Positions 49,409 through 61,021 of a DNA stretch of 64,000 nt are shown piece by piece (the first letter of the stretch is position 1; each line of letters begins with the position of its first letter). The notes beneath the pieces are model-generated. The model worked only from the letters and a program-made list of their open reading frames with translations. It made no database searches and was not told the DNA's origin. This DNA is from Alphaproteobacteria bacterium (GTDB lineage: Bacteria; Pseudomonadota; Alphaproteobacteria; UBA828), in contig CBDEFM010000002.1 in NCBI GenBank assembly GCA_965237415.1, forward strand, positions 2,080,001 through 2,144,000. The letters are read 5' to 3'. The position numbers were made by a program, and so were the translations under genes.

Positions 49409-50224
49409 GCGTTGACGCTGCGGGTAGAAAAAACCCGAAGTGACGATGCTCTCCTATTAAGCTATCCAACGCTGGCGATGGGGCCCGGGCCAGATGCGCA
49501 GTGAGGTGTGATCACTCGATGTCACTGCCACGCCGAACTCGTAGTTCAGGGAGAGACTGGACTTCCGCTTCGGGCCCCCGCTCATGGGGACCTCTCAGGG
49601 TCTGTTGCGAATCTAGTGTGGCTACTACATCAAGCACGCCTCTGCCTGCAAGCTAGTATCTAGAGCACAGAGCGGCCTAGCGTCACGTGGACGGGGAGCA
49701 CGAGGAAGCGGCTCGGCAAAGGATAGCCTGGTTGTGTCCACCCGCTTCCCACACGGACCACGGCACCCACGAGCTGCTGTCAACGCAACCACGGTATCCT
49801 GCCCTGTCCGCCGCAGCCATCGCGTTCATGGTTGGAGTATTGCAACCATCTCTTCGCGCCATTTGCGGTCATCATGACTGCGCGCTCCGAGAGGATCCAC
49901 TCAACCAACTGGTGCGGCGCGGCTTTTGCCAATCTCATGCGGCGTTGCCCTGCAAATCGGAAAACTCTCGGCAAGCGCTCCGCAAGCGACGCGATTCCAA
50001 GGTGTGCGCGTCCATGACACACACGGCGGCCCACCCTGAACGCATCGACCCTACTGTTAGGTGTCAACGGCAGTGTGAACGCGCGCCAGTGCGGCAGCTG
50101 AGGTACGGGAACGACGCCCCGAGACCCATCGAATTCGGCTTGTTCGACACGGGGCTTCTCCTCCTCTCCCTCGGGCGCCCTTGCCCCGGACGACATTCCT
50201 GGCCTGGTCCCACCGGCAGATCAT

Positions 50225-50551
50225 TCAATCGCCGATGGGCGGCGAGCACGGCGCGGGGTTCATCACCATCACGTCCTGCTCCTGAATTGCGTCGAGCGCC
50301 CAGACCGAGCTGATGAAGGCCTGCCACGCGGGGTCCGCGCTCATCGCGGCCCGCTGCTTCTCGCGATCGGCGAGGCTGTCGTAGGCCCAGATCAGGACGA
50401 TCCGGTGGAGCCGGCCGATTTCGGAGACGTAAAGCCCGACGAAGCGGCCGAGGTGGCGCTTCTGGATGGGGAGGCCTTCCGCCTCGTACTTCTTGAGCCA
50501 GCCGTCCACCGTGCCGGGACGGAAGGTGTAGGTCCGGTGCTCGACGATCAT
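50225..50551 (-). CDS. NIPSNAP family protein
   Basis: IVEHRTYTFRPG, IWAYDSLADREKQRAAM..DPAW; overlaps the GMC stop. Confidence 0.88.
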   Translation of the reverse strand: MIVEHRTYTFRPGTVDGWLKKYEAEGLPIQKRHLGRFVGLYVSEIGRLHRIVLIWAYDSLADREKQRAAMSADPAWQAFISSVWALDAIQEQDVMVMNPAPCSPPIGD

Positions 50552-52206
50552 TCCTGGGTCCCTTCTGATGATGCTTGGGCTACGGCTAGCGCGAGGATGA
50601 ACTCGGCCGCCTTCTCGCCGATCATGATGGTTGGTGCGTTGGTGTTGCCGCTGACGATGACGGGCATGACCGACGCATCCGCAACCCTGAGCCCCGTGAC
50701 GCCGTGGACCGCGAGTCTCGCGTCCACCACCGCCATCGGGTCCGTGCCCATGCGGCAGGTACCGACGGGATGGAAAGTCGTCATCGCATTGACGCGCAGC
50801 CACGCGGCGAGCTCGCCGTCGCTCTTGACCGCGTCGCCGGGCGCGAGCTCGCGCCCGCGATAGGCGGCGAAGGCCGGCTGCGCGATGACGTCGCGAACCA
50901 TGCGAATGCCCGCGATCGTCGTCCGGCAATCGGCCTCGTCCTGCAGATAGTTGGGCTGGATCAGTGGCGGCGCGGCTGAATCGGCGGAGCGCAGCCCGAT
51001 CCACCCCCTGCTCGCGGGATTGATCGGGCCCACGCGCAGGCTAAAGCCGTGGGTCTCCTCGAGCGGCGGCTTCCTGAACGGCTTGGGGAAGTGCAGTTCG
51101 GCCGCATTCTCCAGCGCCGGCATGAAGTGCACCTGGACATCCGGCGCCAGCAGGTCCGGCCGGGTCTTGAGGAACGCGCCGGCCTCGTAGGGGAAGGTGG
51201 TGGCGATGCCGCGGCCGAACAGCATCCCCGCGATCACGGAGCCGATCAGCCTGTCCGCCCGCAGGTTGCGGTGGAGGGTGATCGGCTGCGTGCACGCATA
51301 GGCGATGACGCAGTCGACATGATCCTGGAGATTGCGGCCGACGCCGGGCAGGTCGTGGAGCACGGGGATGCCGTGCCGCTTCAGCTCGTCCACGGGTCCG
51401 ATCCCAGAGAGCATGAGGAGCTGGGGCGAGTTGACCGTGCCGGCACAGAGGATGACCTCGCGCTCGGCACGAATGGTCCGCGCGTCGGTTCCCTGCGCGA
51501 ACTCGACCCCCGTCGCACGGCCTCCCTCGACAACCACGCGCCGCACCAGACTCTCGGTAGCGATCGCCAGATTGCGCCGATGCCGGATCGGGCGTAGGAA
51601 GGCCGCCGAGGCGGAGCAGCGCTTGCCCCGCCTGATGGTGAAGTCGTAGCGGCCGAACCCCTGCTGCTCCGCGCCGTTGAAGTCATCGTTGACGGGATGG
51701 CCGGTCTGGCGGCCCGCCTCCACGAACGCGTCGAAGAGCGGATTGGCGCCGCGCGCGCGGCAGACGGTGAGCTCGCCCGCGCGCCCGTGATAGGCGCCGT
51801 CGCGCTCGGCATGCCCTTCGGAACGGCAAAAGGCTGGCAGCACGTCGTCGTAGGACCATCCGGCAAGGCCCATTTGCGCCCACCGGTCATAGTCGTGGCG
51901 GTTGCCGCGCACGTAGATCATGCCGTTGATGGTTGACGAGCCGCCCAGCACCTTGCCGCGCGGCCAGTAGAGCGAGCGGCCACCGAGGCTTGGCACCGGC
52001 TCGGTGTGGTAGCGCCAGTTGTAGATGCCGGAGTGGAACAGCTTGCCCATCAGCATCGGCAACCGGAACAGGGGGTTGCGGTCCTTGCCGCCGGCCTCGA
52101 CCAGCAGCACGGAGCATTCGGGATCGGCAGAGAGCCGGTTCGCGAGCACGCATCCCGCCGAGCCAGCGCCGACAATGACGTAGTCGAAGGCGCGCTCCCG
52201 CGGCAT
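50548..52206 (-). CDS. GMC-family FAD oxidoreductase (choline dehydrogenase-like)
   Basis: [52 protein letters not shown]. Confidence 0.93.
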   Translation of the reverse strand: MPRERAFDYVIVGAGSAGCVLANRLSADPECSVLLVEAGGKDRNPLFRLPMLMGKLFHSGIYNWRYHTEPVPSLGGRSLYWPRGKVLGGSSTINGMIYVRGNRHDYDRWAQMGLAGWSYDDVLPAFCRSEGHAERDGAYHGRAGELTVCRARGANPLFDAFVEAGRQTGHPVNDDFNGAEQQGFGRYDFTIRRGKRCSASAAFLRPIRHRRNLAIATESLVRRVVVEGGRATGVEFAQGTDARTIRAEREVILCAGTVNSPQLLMLSGIGPVDELKRHGIPVLHDLPGVGRNLQDHVDCVIAYACTQPITLHRNLRADRLIGSVIAGMLFGRGIATTFPYEAGAFLKTRPDLLAPDVQVHFMPALENAAELHFPKPFRKPPLEETHGFSLRVGPINPASRGWIGLRSADSAAPPLIQPNYLQDEADCRTTIAGIRMVRDVIAQPAFAAYRGRELAPGDAVKSDGELAAWLRVNAMTTFHPVGTCRMGTDPMAVVDARLAVHGVTGLRVADASVMPVIVSGNTNAPTIMIGEKAAEFILALAVAQASSEGTQE

Positions 52207-52209
52207 CGA

Positions 52210-53061
52210 CTACCAGTCCACCGCCGCGCCCATCGCCTGGAGGCGCCGGTTGCAGAGCGTGAACGGGTTCTCTTTCGCGAGGACCTCGTCGGCTTCAGCG
52301 GGGTGCGGGCGGAGGATGACGCGCCCTGCGGCGCTTGCATCCGTCTCGCCAAGGCCTGCCGCCGCGAGCGTCTCAGCCGCCGTATCGCCGAAGCCGATAA
52401 AGATGACCGGCGCGTCCTGCGCTGCGAGATGACTGAGAACCCGGACCAGCAGCGGACGCCAGAGAGGCAGGTGCCCGCGCACCTGATGCGGATCGCCCTC
52501 GCGTTGGAATCGGGTCAGCGTGAGCGAGGAGTTGAGGAGCAACACACCGGACGCCACCCACCGATCGACCAGAGCGCCGGGCGCTTCCAACTCGACCGCG
52601 CCGCCTTCAATGGCCGCGAGCGTCGCCGGCCACCGCGCGAAGCCTTCGGCGTAGTGCGCCGCGCCCGTTCGCTCCGCGACCACTAGCTGGATCACCGCGC
52701 GCACGCTGGGGGAAAACATCTTGTCCAGCTCTCGCCAGCGAGCGACGTTGCCGGCCTCGAAGGCCCGCCCTGTCGAGAACGCGGGGCACGGATAGGGGTC
52801 CTGGCCCAGGATCACGCAGCGCACATCTTCGGGCGGGAGATTGTCGAAGACGCGGAGCATGTGCGCGCCCGCCGGTGCACCCGGAAACGTCCGGCCTCGC
52901 CGGGCGGGAAATATCGGCTCCCAAGGCTCGAGTTCGAGCGTGGCGTCCACATCCTCGAAGCCCAGCGCGACATCGCCGATGAGGCGGCGCCAGGGCGCGT
53001 CTATGTCCTCGTGCCAGTCCTGAAGCGTCTCCCGAAGCGCCGGTCTCAGTTGCATCGCCAT
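52210..53061 (-). CDS. divergent uracil-DNA glycosylase family-1-like protein
   Basis: VRCVILGQDPYP, GRAF, GVLLLNSSLT, HPA, NPF..CN..L...VDW. Confidence 0.8.
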   Translation of the reverse strand: MAMQLRPALRETLQDWHEDIDAPWRRLIGDVALGFEDVDATLELEPWEPIFPARRGRTFPGAPAGAHMLRVFDNLPPEDVRCVILGQDPYPCPAFSTGRAFEAGNVARWRELDKMFSPSVRAVIQLVVAERTGAAHYAEGFARWPATLAAIEGGAVELEAPGALVDRWVASGVLLLNSSLTLTRFQREGDPHQVRGHLPLWRPLLVRVLSHLAAQDAPVIFIGFGDTAAETLAAAGLGETDASAAGRVILRPHPAEADEVLAKENPFTLCNRRLQAMGAAVDW

Positions 53062-53094
53062 GGGGTCCGCTCGCTCCCCTACATCGACATGAAC

Positions 53095-53142
53095 TGACGC
53101 GTGTGTCATGTTCCGCGTTTCGGGAACTTGACACGCGCGTCA
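53095..53142. promoter_or_regulatory. paired TGAC-N6-GTCA operator-like palindromes
   Basis: TGACGCGTGTGTCA (53095-53108) and TGACACGCGCGTCA (53129-53142), 34 bp start to start. Confidence 0.65.
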
Positions 53143-53453
53143 CGCTATTTGGCCCATATTTTCCTAACAATCATAGCGTACTCCACTTTCTACCGTTTTG
53201 CGTTGGTACGCAGTATCTCGTAAGCATGTCGTCGGCGGATTCATTGCAACGCCTGCGCTTTCCTGCGTGCTTTGGTGGCCGCAGCCTGACGATCCTTGTG
53301 GTAGGGCGAATAGGTTCCGTTGGGCCGTGGTGAGGCCCTTGATTTAGCGATTTGAGAGTTCGCTTTCAGTCCCTCCGGAGGGGCCGCAGACAGATGCCCT
53401 TGCCGGAAAACCGTCTGCAACGCAAGTCGGATGCACTGTGTACGCCGTAGTCC

Positions 53454-54737
53454 TTACTCCGCTGGGATTTCCGTTGGACATGCGTAGGTCGCGCAGGGTT
53501 TATTGTCGTGGCTCTTGCAGTAATTGACAGCCGTTGCGAAGTCGATGTCCTTGCCAAAGCACTCGTTGCTGTCAATTCTAGCCTGAGCGCAAAAAGTCAA
53601 ATCGTCTTGAGGAGAGCGATTTGTTACCCATTTTTCCTTGCAATTAGCCAGGGTCGTATCGGGGTCGGCATCCGGATTCGCCGATATGGCCTGTGTCCAG
53701 CATGCGATCTGCATGTCGACCTCTTCGTCCGTTAACAGATCGTGGGAGTCACAACTCGAGCTGGTGTCTCCGGGGCAACACTGATAGGTCGTCAAATCGG
53801 GATGGTTACCCAGTATGTAGGGAGTTGGTTTGCTCGCTCCTGGGATCGTTGCCGTACCGGTTTTCAAAACCTCCTCGCCCGTGCCGGTGATCGTGTTCCA
53901 TTCCTCACGTGCTGACGTACCCAGGACGACGACAGGAAGCGTGTGCTTGTGTGTACTCGACTCTGGGTTCGGATCAACCGTCAACGAGAGCTGCGGATTT
54001 ATGTAATAGCCACCGGTTGTCAGCGTTTTGTCATTGAAATACTTCTGGGCATCGGGCAGATTTTCGGTAGTGCCGCTTCCCGGCGCGGCGATCGGCCGAA
54101 TGTCGACTATCGTTTCATAAAGCGTAGGGTCTTCGATACCAACTGCCTTAAGAACGTTACTCCATCGATTCATAGTGAAATTGTTGAGGTAGTCTTTCTC
54201 TGTAAGAGCGTCAGTGGGAGGATAGTTCAACATCAACACCGACCGTTGCATGACCATTGGCAGGCCGAGTGGTGCAAGAAAGGCCCAAGGTTCGTCCTTG
54301 TGGGTGTTGTTCTTGTTCCAGCAGTTGTCGGTATTCATGCATTTCTCAGCGCCGACATTGGCGGAGATGAAGTTATCAACGGACTTGGGGTGCACGGTTG
54401 AATACAAAGACGCGTTTGAATCACTGGTCGCGATAGTGACAACATAGGCCGGTAGTGAGCCATCAAACTCGACTGTAACGGAGTCGAACGTGATTCCATC
54501 AAGTGTTAGAGAATTCTTGGTAAAGAGTTCAATAGACTTCTCAACGGTAATTCCTTCGTAGTACTCCTTATACGGTGCAGGTACCGAATCTTCGGTTGGA
54601 TAAGCAATGTCTGTTTCGTCAGCTAGATTATAGGTTACGCTGTCCTCTGCTCGAACCTCCTGCCAAGATGGCTGCAAATGACCAATTGCGGCAATTGAGA
54701 GAACCAGTCCGACTTTGAGAATTCGAGAGTGATACAT
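53454..54737 (-). CDS. secreted low-GC hypothetical protein with Cys-rich C-terminus
   Basis: Signal peptide, GGAGG RBS, 427 aa, many Cys in the last ~110 aa. Confidence 0.8.
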   Translation of the reverse strand: MYHSRILKVGLVLSIAAIGHLQPSWQEVRAEDSVTYNLADETDIAYPTEDSVPAPYKEYYEGITVEKSIELFTKNSLTLDGITFDSVTVEFDGSLPAYVVTIATSDSNASLYSTVHPKSVDNFISANVGAEKCMNTDNCWNKNNTHKDEPWAFLAPLGLPMVMQRSVLMLNYPPTDALTEKDYLNNFTMNRWSNVLKAVGIEDPTLYETIVDIRPIAAPGSGTTENLPDAQKYFNDKTLTTGGYYINPQLSLTVDPNPESSTHKHTLPVVVLGTSAREEWNTITGTGEEVLKTGTATIPGASKPTPYILGNHPDLTTYQCCPGDTSSSCDSHDLLTDEEVDMQIACWTQAISANPDADPDTTLANCKEKWVTNRSPQDDLTFCAQARIDSNECFGKDIDFATAVNYCKSHDNKPCATYACPTEIPAE

Positions 54738-54939
54738 AGAATGACCTCCGGTTGGTTTTCATGCCGATTTTGCGGTTCATCCGACAACTAGGCAACGACA
54801 CTTTCAAGACGGGAGAGCCGAAGAAGTTTCTGGTGACGCGGCAACTAGTGGCGAGCTTCGCACGACGCCTAGCGGACATCAAAAGGGTGCCGCAGGCGGT
54901 ATCCGCGGGCTTGGGTAACCCCGTCGCCGACGCGCAGCC

Positions 54940-55490
54940 GCACGGTGGTGGCGATGCCGCGGCCGAACAGCATCTCCGCGATCACGGAACCGATCAGCCT
55001 GTCCGCCCGCAGGTTGCGGTGGAGGGTGATCGGCTGCGTGCACGCATAGGCGATGACGCAGTCGACATGGTCCTGGAGGTTGCGTCCAACGCCGGGGAGC
55101 TCGTGGATCACCTCGATGCCGTGCCGCTTCAACTCGTCTCCGGGCCCGATTCCAGAAAGCATGAGGAGCTGGGGCGAGTTGACGGTGCCGGCACAGAGGA
55201 AGACCTCGCGCTCGGCGCGGATGGTGCGCGCGCGCCCTGGGCGCCCTCGACCCCGGTCGTGCGTCCCCCTCGACGACGACTCGCTGCACCAGGCTATCAG
55301 TGAGGATCGCCAGATCGCGCCGAGTTCGGATCGGGTCGAGGAAGGCAGTGGAGGCAGCGCAGCGCTTGCCCCGCCTGATGGTGAAGTCGTAGCAGCCGAA
55401 GCCCTGCTGCTCGGGCCCATTGAAGTCGTCGTTCACAGCCTGCCAGCCCTCAAGCGTCTGCCGCAGCGCCGTTCTCAGTTGCATAGCCAT
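54940..55490 (-). pseudogene. deleted duplicate of the UNG-like/GMC operon (fusion remnant)
   Basis: MAMQLRTALRQTLEGWQ (UNG-like start) joined directly to [14 protein letters not shown] (mid-GMC), then a frameshift; similarity to the intact GMC ends after GRGIATT. Confidence 0.85.
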
Positions 55491-55521
55491 GGCGCCGGCT
55501 TCTCCCGCCCCGTGAAAAACT

Positions 55522-55569
55522 TGACACACGCGTTAGGTTTCATGATTCTGGAACCTGACGCTAGCGTCA
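55522..55569. promoter_or_regulatory. second pair of TGAC-N6-GTCA operator-like palindromes
   Basis: TGACACACGCGTTA (55522-55535) and TGACGCTAGCGTCA (55556-55569), again 34 bp apart. Confidence 0.65.
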
Positions 55570-55740
55570 ATGTTTTTCTGGCCTGCCATGAGAGACATGA
55601 AAGGCCGCGGTCGGGATGTCGGTGAGGTGGTTACGAAACAACCAGCATTGCATCACCGCTCCCGCAGGCGGGCCGTCCCGGATCGCAGGAAGTCGCGGCG
55701 GGCCGTTCCTTCATCCGGCTTATGCATCAAGGAGGCTTCG

Positions 55741-56910
55741 ATGAGAGACACCGACAAGACGAAGAGGGCCGACCGCACTGGCCTTACCGTGAACCGGCGG
55801 ACCCTGCTGAAGGGGGGCGCTGCGGCGGCGGGCGCGGCGGCGGCGGGCTCGCTCACCATCTTCTCGCGCACGGCGCGTGCTGCCGACACACTACGGGTGC
55901 TGTGTTGGCCGGGCTATGAAGAGAAGGACGTGATCCAGGAGTTCGAGGACACGCACGGCGTCAAGGTCGAGTTCAAGATCTATATCGGCGGCGAACAGAT
56001 GCTGCAGTTCTTCAATCAGACGCCGCGCGGAACCTACGACAACGTCCTGGCGGACGCCGAGTATGTCCGTAAGCTTGCGGCTATCGATGCGATCGAGACC
56101 TACAACCCGGGCGAGGTGCCCGAACTCGCCAACTACCACCCGAAATTCAACAGCATGCACCAGGTGCAGGCGGGAGACGGGATGGTCTGGGGCACGCCGA
56201 CGCGCTTCAGCTTCTACGCCATCTCGTATAACTCGGATCACATGAGCTTCGAGGAGAGCGGCGACTGGAACTCGCTGTTCCTGCCCAAGTTCGAGGGCAA
56301 GATCGGCATCTTCGACTGGTACTTGCCGAACATGGGCAATGCGAGTCTCGCGGTTCATCCCAACAAGGAGAACCCCTACGACCTGACCGACGAACAGCTC
56401 GGCGCCGTCCGCGACTGGCTGCTGAAGCTTAGGCCCCAGGTCAACATGTTCGGCTCCGGCGCCCAGGCCATCGTGCAGGCGATGATCAACGGCGATGTCG
56501 TCGCGGGGATGATCGGCGACCTCGACATCGACCTGAAACTCGCAGGCTACACGAACATGGAATCGACCATTCCTGTACAGGGCGGCATCCGCTGGCAGGA
56601 AGTGGCCACCATGTGCAAGCAGAGCGAGAACAAGGAGCTGGCGCTGGAGTGGATCAAACACATGAGCCAGGCCCACATCCAGGCCCGGCTCGCCTACACC
56701 AAGGCGTTCAAGGCCCGCGGCCCCAACCTTAAGATCGCCGACTACTGGACGGAGGAGCAGAATCAGCTCCTGGGCTACTATCCCGATCCCAACAACCCCA
56801 GCCAGATGTGGGTGGAGACGCTGATTGACCGCAGCGTTGGCCGCGACCTTCCGGTGCAGCAGGACGAGAAGGCGTGGATCGACATCTTCAACGAGTTCAA
56901 GACGGGCTAA
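55741..56910 (+). CDS. ABC transporter substrate-binding protein (PotD/PotF-like), Tat signal
   Basis: NRRTLLKGG Tat motif, LRVLCWPGY, FEDTHGVKV. Confidence 0.88.
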   Translation: MRDTDKTKRADRTGLTVNRRTLLKGGAAAAGAAAAGSLTIFSRTARAADTLRVLCWPGYEEKDVIQEFEDTHGVKVEFKIYIGGEQMLQFFNQTPRGTYDNVLADAEYVRKLAAIDAIETYNPGEVPELANYHPKFNSMHQVQAGDGMVWGTPTRFSFYAISYNSDHMSFEESGDWNSLFLPKFEGKIGIFDWYLPNMGNASLAVHPNKENPYDLTDEQLGAVRDWLLKLRPQVNMFGSGAQAIVQAMINGDVVAGMIGDLDIDLKLAGYTNMESTIPVQGGIRWQEVATMCKQSENKELALEWIKHMSQAHIQARLAYTKAFKARGPNLKIADYWTEEQNQLLGYYPDPNNPSQMWVETLIDRSVGRDLPVQQDEKAWIDIFNEFKTG

Positions 56911-57005
56911 ATCGCCGCAGCCCGGTACATATCGAGGGGGCGGACCGCCGGCGCGACAGCGCGCCGGCGCCGCCACATGCCTGATCCTCACGAGCCTGGC
57001 CGACG

Positions 57006-58139
<1,134 letters not shown>

Positions 58140-58178
58140 GCACGGCGTACGCAACGCCTCGCTGAAGACGAGGATTTT

Positions 58179-59087
58179 GTGACCGACGGCAGCGTCATTC
58201 CCCCCTCCAACAGGAGTCCTCTCAAGCTCATCTTCCTGGCGCCGCCGATCGGGTACTACGCGATATTCTTCATCGCGCCGCTCGCGTTCCTGGTCGTGCT
58301 CGGCTTCTGGATCGTCAGGGACTATCAGATTGTCGCCGAGTTTTCGGTCATCAACTACGTCGACATATTCTCCCAGTTCTTCAGCCGCTCGCGCTTCGGT
58401 TGGGCGCTGGTTCAGTCGATCTATGTCGCGGTGACCACCAGCGTGTTCGCCGTGATCTTCTGCTACTTCCTGGCGATGGGGATCGTCTTCTGCGTGCCCG
58501 AACGCTATCAGCGGCTCTTTCTGGTGCTCGCGATACTGCCGTTCTGGAGCAGCTACATCCTCAGGCTGTTCTCATGGCAGCTGATCCTGGCGCAGAAGGG
58601 GGTGCTCAATTCCGTCCTCGGCGAACTCGGCCTCGAGGATCCCCTGATCATCACCAACACGCAGATCGGCACGCGCATTGGCCTTGTCCACTACCTGTCG
58701 CCGATTCTGGTCATCATCCTCTACGTCACGCTCATCAACGTGAACCGGAACCTGATCGAGGCGGCGCGCGAGCTCGGCGCGACGCGCCTACAGGCGTTCT
58801 GGCGCGTCATCGTGCCGCTCAGCCGGCTTGGACTGACCTTCGCCTTCGGCTTCGGGGTGATCGTCAGCTTCGGCGACGTGCTCTCGGGCCTGTTGATTGG
58901 CGGCGGGATCGGCCAGTCCTGGCTGGGCTCCTACCCGCTCTACTCCAACATGATCATGGCCGACTACAACAGCTACACGAACCTGCCCCGCACCGCCGCG
59001 CTCGCGACCGTCATGGTGATCATCATGGTGGTGATGCTGGTGGTCGCCTATCGCATGGCCGACCGGGCCCGGCACCGGATGTCGTGA
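58179..59087 (+). CDS. ABC transporter permease (PotB-like)
   Basis: Multiple TM segments, EAARELGA loop. Confidence 0.9.
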   Translation: MTDGSVIPPSNRSPLKLIFLAPPIGYYAIFFIAPLAFLVVLGFWIVRDYQIVAEFSVINYVDIFSQFFSRSRFGWALVQSIYVAVTTSVFAVIFCYFLAMGIVFCVPERYQRLFLVLAILPFWSSYILRLFSWQLILAQKGVLNSVLGELGLEDPLIITNTQIGTRIGLVHYLSPILVIILYVTLINVNRNLIEAARELGATRLQAFWRVIVPLSRLGLTFAFGFGVIVSFGDVLSGLLIGGGIGQSWLGSYPLYSNMIMADYNSYTNLPRTAALATVMVIIMVVMLVVAYRMADRARHRMS

Positions 59088-59089
59088 CC

Positions 59090-59908
59090 ATGGGCCACCT
59101 CGACGTCTATTTTCGCGAGAACGGCTACAAGCTCGCAGGCCGGGTCTATCTCTTTCTCGGCTTCATTTTCCTGCTGCTGCCGATCGCTTTCCTGATCCTC
59201 TTCTCGTTTCAGAAGAACGTCTATTCGTCGCTCCCCCTCAAAGGCTGGTCGCTGCAGTGGTACGACAAGCTGATCTACGACGGCGTCCTCTTCGACGCCC
59301 TGCTGAACAGCCTCCAGGTCTCGCCGATCGCGGCGACTGCGGCCTCGGTCCTCGGTTTCCTCGCGGCCTACGCGCTAAACCGCTTCGTCTTTCCCGGCCG
59401 CCTGCTGACGGCGACGATCCTGATCCTGCCGATCCTGATACCGCCGCTGATCCTGGGCGTCTCGATGCTGGGTCTGCTGGGCCGCATCGGTCTGCACGGC
59501 GAGCTCTACAGCATCATCATTGCGCACACGCTGCTGCTGACGGCGCCCGCCATGGCGATCATCCAGCTCAGGCTCGCGCAGATGCCGCCGGCGCTGGAGG
59601 AGGCCGCCTGGGACCTCGGCGCGAACGAGCTCCAGACCGTCTGGCGCGTGGTGCTGCCCTGGGCGCTGCCCGGCATTGCCGGCGGCTGGCTGCTGGCGTT
59701 CACCTTCTCGTTCGACGAATTCATCATCGCCTGGTTCGTGTCGGGCTTCGACCAGACGCTGCCGGTCGCCGTCTACAATGTCATGATCGCCTCGCACGAT
59801 CCCTCGCTCAACGCGATCGGGACCATCGTGTTCGGCCTGCTCCTGCTGACCCTGCTTGGCGCCGAGCTGCTGATCATTCCGTTGTTCATGAGACGCCGCA
59901 CGGCGTGA
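59090..59908 (+). CDS. ABC transporter permease (PotC-like)
   Basis: SLQWY, EEAAWDLGA, FTFSFDEF, TLPV; start at MGHLDV. Confidence 0.9.
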   Translation: MGHLDVYFRENGYKLAGRVYLFLGFIFLLLPIAFLILFSFQKNVYSSLPLKGWSLQWYDKLIYDGVLFDALLNSLQVSPIAATAASVLGFLAAYALNRFVFPGRLLTATILILPILIPPLILGVSMLGLLGRIGLHGELYSIIIAHTLLLTAPAMAIIQLRLAQMPPALEEAAWDLGANELQTVWRVVLPWALPGIAGGWLLAFTFSFDEFIIAWFVSGFDQTLPVAVYNVMIASHDPSLNAIGTIVFGLLLLTLLGAELLIIPLFMRRRTA

Positions 59909-59940
59909 CGGCGTGCGGCGGCCGACTGAAGGAGAGCGTC

Positions 59941-60456
59941 ATGGACAAGACAGACTATATGAGACGGGCGATCGATCTCGCGCGGACGAAGATGCGTGAG
60001 GGCCGCGGCCACTGGCCGTACGGCTGCCTCATCGTCAAGGACGGCGAGATTGTGGGCGAGGGCTGCAATGACATGGGCTTCTCGCTCGACCCGACAGGCC
60101 ATGGCGAGATCGTGGCGATCCGCGATGCCTGCAAACGGCTCGGCACGATGGACCTTTCGGGTTGCGAACTCTACACCAGCTGCGAGCCCTGCTCGCTCTG
60201 CTCCAGCGCGATCTGGCTGACAAACATCGCCACGGTGTATTACGGCGCTTCGCTGGAGGATTGCCGCGGACATGGCTCGGATTTCGAGCCGCTGCGAATC
60301 GACGTCGGCAAGCCAATTCACGAGCGGAGCATACCGGCCGAGCGCGTGCTCGGCGAGCAGGGGAGCGCCCTGCTCGCGGAGTGGGCCGCCCTCATTGAGA
60401 AGTCTCCGGCGATGCAGGAGGAGCGCAGCCGCCACGCGCCCATCGGCGAGCGCTAG
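59941..60456 (+). CDS. nucleoside/nucleobase deaminase (cytidine-deaminase fold, GuaD-like)
   Basis: PYGCLIVKDG, DPTGHGEIVAIR, LYTSCEPCSLC. Confidence 0.9.
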   Translation: MDKTDYMRRAIDLARTKMREGRGHWPYGCLIVKDGEIVGEGCNDMGFSLDPTGHGEIVAIRDACKRLGTMDLSGCELYTSCEPCSLCSSAIWLTNIATVYYGASLEDCRGHGSDFEPLRIDVGKPIHERSIPAERVLGEQGSALLAEWAALIEKSPAMQEERSRHAPIGER

Positions 60457-60510
60457 CCTGAATTCGGCGCGGCCGGACGAGAGCCGCGTGCGAGCGGCCG
60501 GAGGGCAATC

Positions 60511-60924
60511 ATGAGCCTCGAAGCCTTGCGCAATCTGACCGACATCGGTCTCTTCGTCTCGGACATGGAGCGCGCCCTTGCCTTCTACGGCGAGACGCTC
60601 GGTTTCGAGCTCAAGCGCCGCGACATCGGCTTCGCCGAGTTCTGCACGAACGGGGTCAGCCTCGCGCTCTGGGAGGTCTCGGACGTGACCCAGGCGCTCG
60701 AACTCGCGGAGACGCCCCGCCAGGGCCTCTCCGCCATGGTGGCGGTCCGCGTCGAGACGGCGGAAGCCGTGGATGCGCTCTACGACGCGCTGGCGGCCAA
60801 AGGCGTGACCATAGTCCAGGCGCCGACCACGCACGCCTGGAACGCGCGCACCACCTACTTCAGCGATCCGGACGGCAATCTGTGGGAGATCTATGCGTGG
60901 GTCGACGCCCCGCGAACGCTCTGA
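60511..60924 (+). CDS. VOC/glyoxalase family protein
   Basis: VSDMERALAFYGETLGF, WNARTTYFSDPDGNLWEI. Confidence 0.9.
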   Translation: MSLEALRNLTDIGLFVSDMERALAFYGETLGFELKRRDIGFAEFCTNGVSLALWEVSDVTQALELAETPRQGLSAMVAVRVETAEAVDALYDALAAKGVTIVQAPTTHAWNARTTYFSDPDGNLWEIYAWVDAPRTL

Positions 60925-61021
60925 GCCGCCGGGTCGAGGTCGAGCGCGCCCTCGCCGAGGACCCCGGCGCCTCATCGTGACGGCCGACTGACGGCTCCCT
61001 GAAACCGGGACCGAGGCGCCC

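Noticed and set aside
49687-50196. Overlapping ORFs between the CBASS operon and NIPSNAP
   Set aside because: No recognisable motifs or convincing RBS; probably decayed sequence.
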